DNA of 8,258 nucleotides from a virus (Monodnaviria; Loebvirae; Hofneiviricota; Faserviricetes; Tubulavirales; Inoviridae): IMG/VR virus record IMGVR_UViG_2609459832_000001, positions 1 to 8,258 of that record; one strand, 5' to 3'. Shown piece by piece: positions 6,906 to 8,258 of this stretch (position 1 is its first letter; each line of letters starts with the position of its first letter). The notes under the pieces were generated by a model. It saw only the letters and a program-made list of their open reading frames with translations, ran no database searches and was not told where the DNA came from. The position numbers and the translations under genes were made by a program.

Positions 6906-7394
6906 ATGGCAGTAGACAAAGAGTGTGCAGAACGTATACGTCTGTCTATCATCCAAAATTTTACATATGACGATATCGAAAATGAAACAGGTATCAGCGT
7001 CAGTACCCTTAAACGGCTGGCTTCTGGAGAAAGGGAACCCAAATTAATAGAAATCAGGAAGATAGCTAAAGCGACAGGAAAAAATCCGGTATGGTTAGCA
7101 TTCGGTGAGTCAACCCTGCCTCTGCCTGAGAACCTTGGCGAAGATATGACTGCTTTTGGTTACGGTATGGATTTTAAGTTACAAGGTCATGAAGCAGGTG
7201 AAGCGGCGGCGAAAATCCGCCTGATGGCCGCGATCCGGGACATAGAGAAAGATGATGTTGTTTTTCTGGAAAAATTTATAGACTTGCTGAATCTGGATCG
7301 CACAATAAACAGCGTCAAAACCAAACGTTACGGCTACACAGAAGAAGAAACACTGAAAAGACTAAACCTTCCCCAGCCGAAGGGGAAAAAGTAA
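6906..7394 (+). CDS. HTH (XRE / Cro-CI family) transcriptional regulator, candidate phage repressor
   Basis: 162-aa ORF divergent from gII. The N-terminal segment YDDIENETGISVSTLKRLASGEREPKLIEIRKIAKATGKNPVWLAFGE fits the helix-turn-helix pattern of Cro/CI-type repressors. The ATG at 6906 is preceded by GAGAAGG. Confidence 0.8.
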   Translation: MAVDKECAERIRLSIIQNFTYDDIENETGISVSTLKRLASGEREPKLIEIRKIAKATGKNPVWLAFGESTLPLPENLGEDMTAFGYGMDFKLQGHEAGEAAAKIRLMAAIRDIEKDDVVFLEKFIDLLNLDRTINSVKTKRYGYTEEETLKRLNLPQPKGKK

Positions 7395-7398
7395 AAAT

Positions 7399-7446
7399 AC
7401 CGTGGGAAACCACGGTAAAGTTCGGGTGTCACAGAACTCCCGAACC
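7399..7446 (+). other. Two adjacent short hairpins downstream of the HTH gene: accgtgg-gaaa-ccacggt (7399-7418) and gttcggg..(loop)..cccgaac (7421-7446)
   Basis: Inverted repeats read directly from the sequence. No following U-tract, so they could be a weak terminator or the start of an origin or packaging-signal region. Confidence 0.35.
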
Positions 7447-7628
7447 GCTCCGCGGTTAAAAATTAAACGATAGTTTCGGGGGCGTCGCTGTCTGTCTGAA
7501 CAACAGCCGCACCGCCCTCGCTCCTGTCGTTGTCGGCGTCCTCCTCCCGTCGTCCTTCTCCGCCTCCACTCGCTGCGGTGCGGTACGGCTGAGGTCAGGA
7601 CATTTGCATCGCTAACTTAAGGGGAAGA

Positions 7629-7802
7629 ATGAACAACTGGAGTGAGATCATATTAGACCTGCTGATGAAGCACATAATAGGTGGCGCCGCGATTGGCGTG
7701 GCTATCCTGTTGTTTGCCGGAGTGATTTTTCCTGTTGCGCTGAAGATAAGGAAGCTCACTGGCAGGAAAAAACAGCGAATAAAACAGAAACTCACCAGTT
7801 AA
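7629..7802 (+). CDS. Small single-pass membrane protein of unknown function (57 aa: MNNWSEIILDLLMKHIIGGAAIGVAILLFAGVIFPVALKIRKLTGRKKQRIKQKLTS)
   Basis: Hand-translated and absent from the ORF track (under 60 aa). Strong SD AAGGGGAAGA immediately upstream of the ATG at 7629. One hydrophobic helix followed by a highly basic tail. Stop TAA at 7800-7802, 3 nt before the dif-like palindrome. Confidence 0.45.
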   Translation: MNNWSEIILDLLMKHIIGGAAIGVAILLFAGVIFPVALKIRKLTGRKKQRIKQKLTS

Positions 7803-7804
7803 GG

Positions 7805-7901
7805 CCAGTGCGCACAATGACGTTATGTGTAAAAAGGCCGCTGCGGTGGAGAGTATCGCAGCGGCCTTTTCAACATAACGTGTAACACATTATGCGCACT
7901 G
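7805..7901. other. Candidate attP: two inverted dif-like XerC/XerD recombination sites flanking a GC-rich hairpin (ggccgctgcg / cgcagcggcc)
   Basis: Left arm agtgcgcacaa-tgacg-ttatgtgtaaa. Right arm (reverse complement) agtgcgcataa-tgtgttacacg-ttatgttgaaa. Compare recalled E. coli dif GGTGCGCATAA-TGTATA-TTATGTTAAAT. The arms are inverted about the stem-loop at 7836-7869 and have central regions of unequal length, as in CTXphi-type attP, which forms a forked hairpin in ssDNA. Confidence 0.7.
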
Positions 7902-7952
7902 GCGTTGTGGTAGCTGAATTAAGGTGTCCGTGTGGGTACACAAACCCGGGAG
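7899..7952. repeat. ~50-bp direct repeat, copy 1 (ctggcgttgtggtagctgaattaaggtgtccgtgtgggtacac...gggag); copy 2 lies at 8209-8258
   Basis: Near-identical strings at 7899-7952 and 8209-8258 with a few substitutions. Copy 1 directly abuts the outer XerC-like arm of the dif-like palindrome. Confidence 0.7.
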
Positions 7953-8208
7953 TAAAAAAAGAAAACGCCTTATAACCTGGGAAAGTTATAAAGCGTCCCG
8001 GAAAATCCAGAAATGGATACAATGAAATATCCGTCTCAGTCAACGTAATTTACGTCTCAATCAACGTGATATACGGCCTTAACTGACATTATGTGTCTAC
8101 TACCTACTCACCCTCACATAGATGAGCAGCAAGACTATAACAAGTAAACATTACGGCGGATAACACCTGCAGACCTCTTGTTGAAAATTCCGGCTCAAAA
8201 GACGGCCT
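7953..8208. repeat. Copy B of the ~260-bp repeat unit (diverged homolog of 1-215)
   Basis: Shares the left-end block, the paired CGTCTCA motifs 21 bp apart (8032-8038, 8053-8059) and the right-end block ttgaaaattccggctcaaaagacggcct with copy A. Confidence 0.7.
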
Positions 8209-8258
8209 CTGGCGTTGTGATGGCTGAATTGAGATGTTCGTGTGGGTACACCGGGAAG
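8209..8258. repeat. ~50-bp direct repeat, copy 2 (ctggcgttgtgatggctgaattgagatgttcgtgtgggtacaccgggaag), truncated by the window end
   Basis: Matches 7899-7952 apart from a few substitutions and a short indel. Confidence 0.7.

Noticed and set aside
7595-7795. 66-aa minus-strand ORF
   Set aside because: Antisense to the plus-strand 57-aa ORF, which has a strong SD. No RBS upstream of its start, and its product is compositionally odd. Antisense RNA function is not excluded.
1-8258. CRISPR arrays, tRNA/rRNA genes, transposase or integrase genes
   Set aside because: No spacer-repeat periodicity, no tRNA-like cloverleaf candidates, and no integrase or transposase ORFs were seen. Integration, if any, would rely on host XerCD through the dif-like sites.

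Overview
The window is almost entirely an Ff-like filamentous phage (Inoviridae) genome, most likely an integrated prophage. On the minus strand there is a complete, colinear gene set in the canonical Ff order (coordinates given high-to-low): gII replication initiator (6710-5595), gV ssDNA-binding protein (5581-5309), two tiny hydrophobic ORFs not in the ORF track (gVII-like 5232-5131, gIX-like 5128-4970), gVIII major coat (4949-4674), a rho-independent terminator, gIII adsorption protein (4618-3293), gVI (3290-2931), gI/Zot-like assembly ATPase (2923-1667) and gIV secretin (1657-437). Diverging from gII on the plus strand is an HTH (Cro/CI-type) regulator (6906-7394); the divergent intergenic region carries TATCA/TGATA palindromes. 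Further right is a 57-aa single-pass membrane ORF with a strong ribosome-binding site (7629-7802), then a large imperfect palindrome made of two inverted dif-like XerC/XerD sites around a GC hairpin (7805-7901), which has the architecture of a CTXphi-type attP. The window ends are diverged copies of a ~260-bp unit (1-215 and 7953-8208) alternating with a ~50-bp direct repeat (7899-7952 and 8209-8258). The replication/regulation module (about 5280-7400) is visibly AT-rich compared with the GC-richer morphogenesis module. All homology statements rest on recalled Ff (M13/fd) protein sequences and motif recognition, not on any database search.
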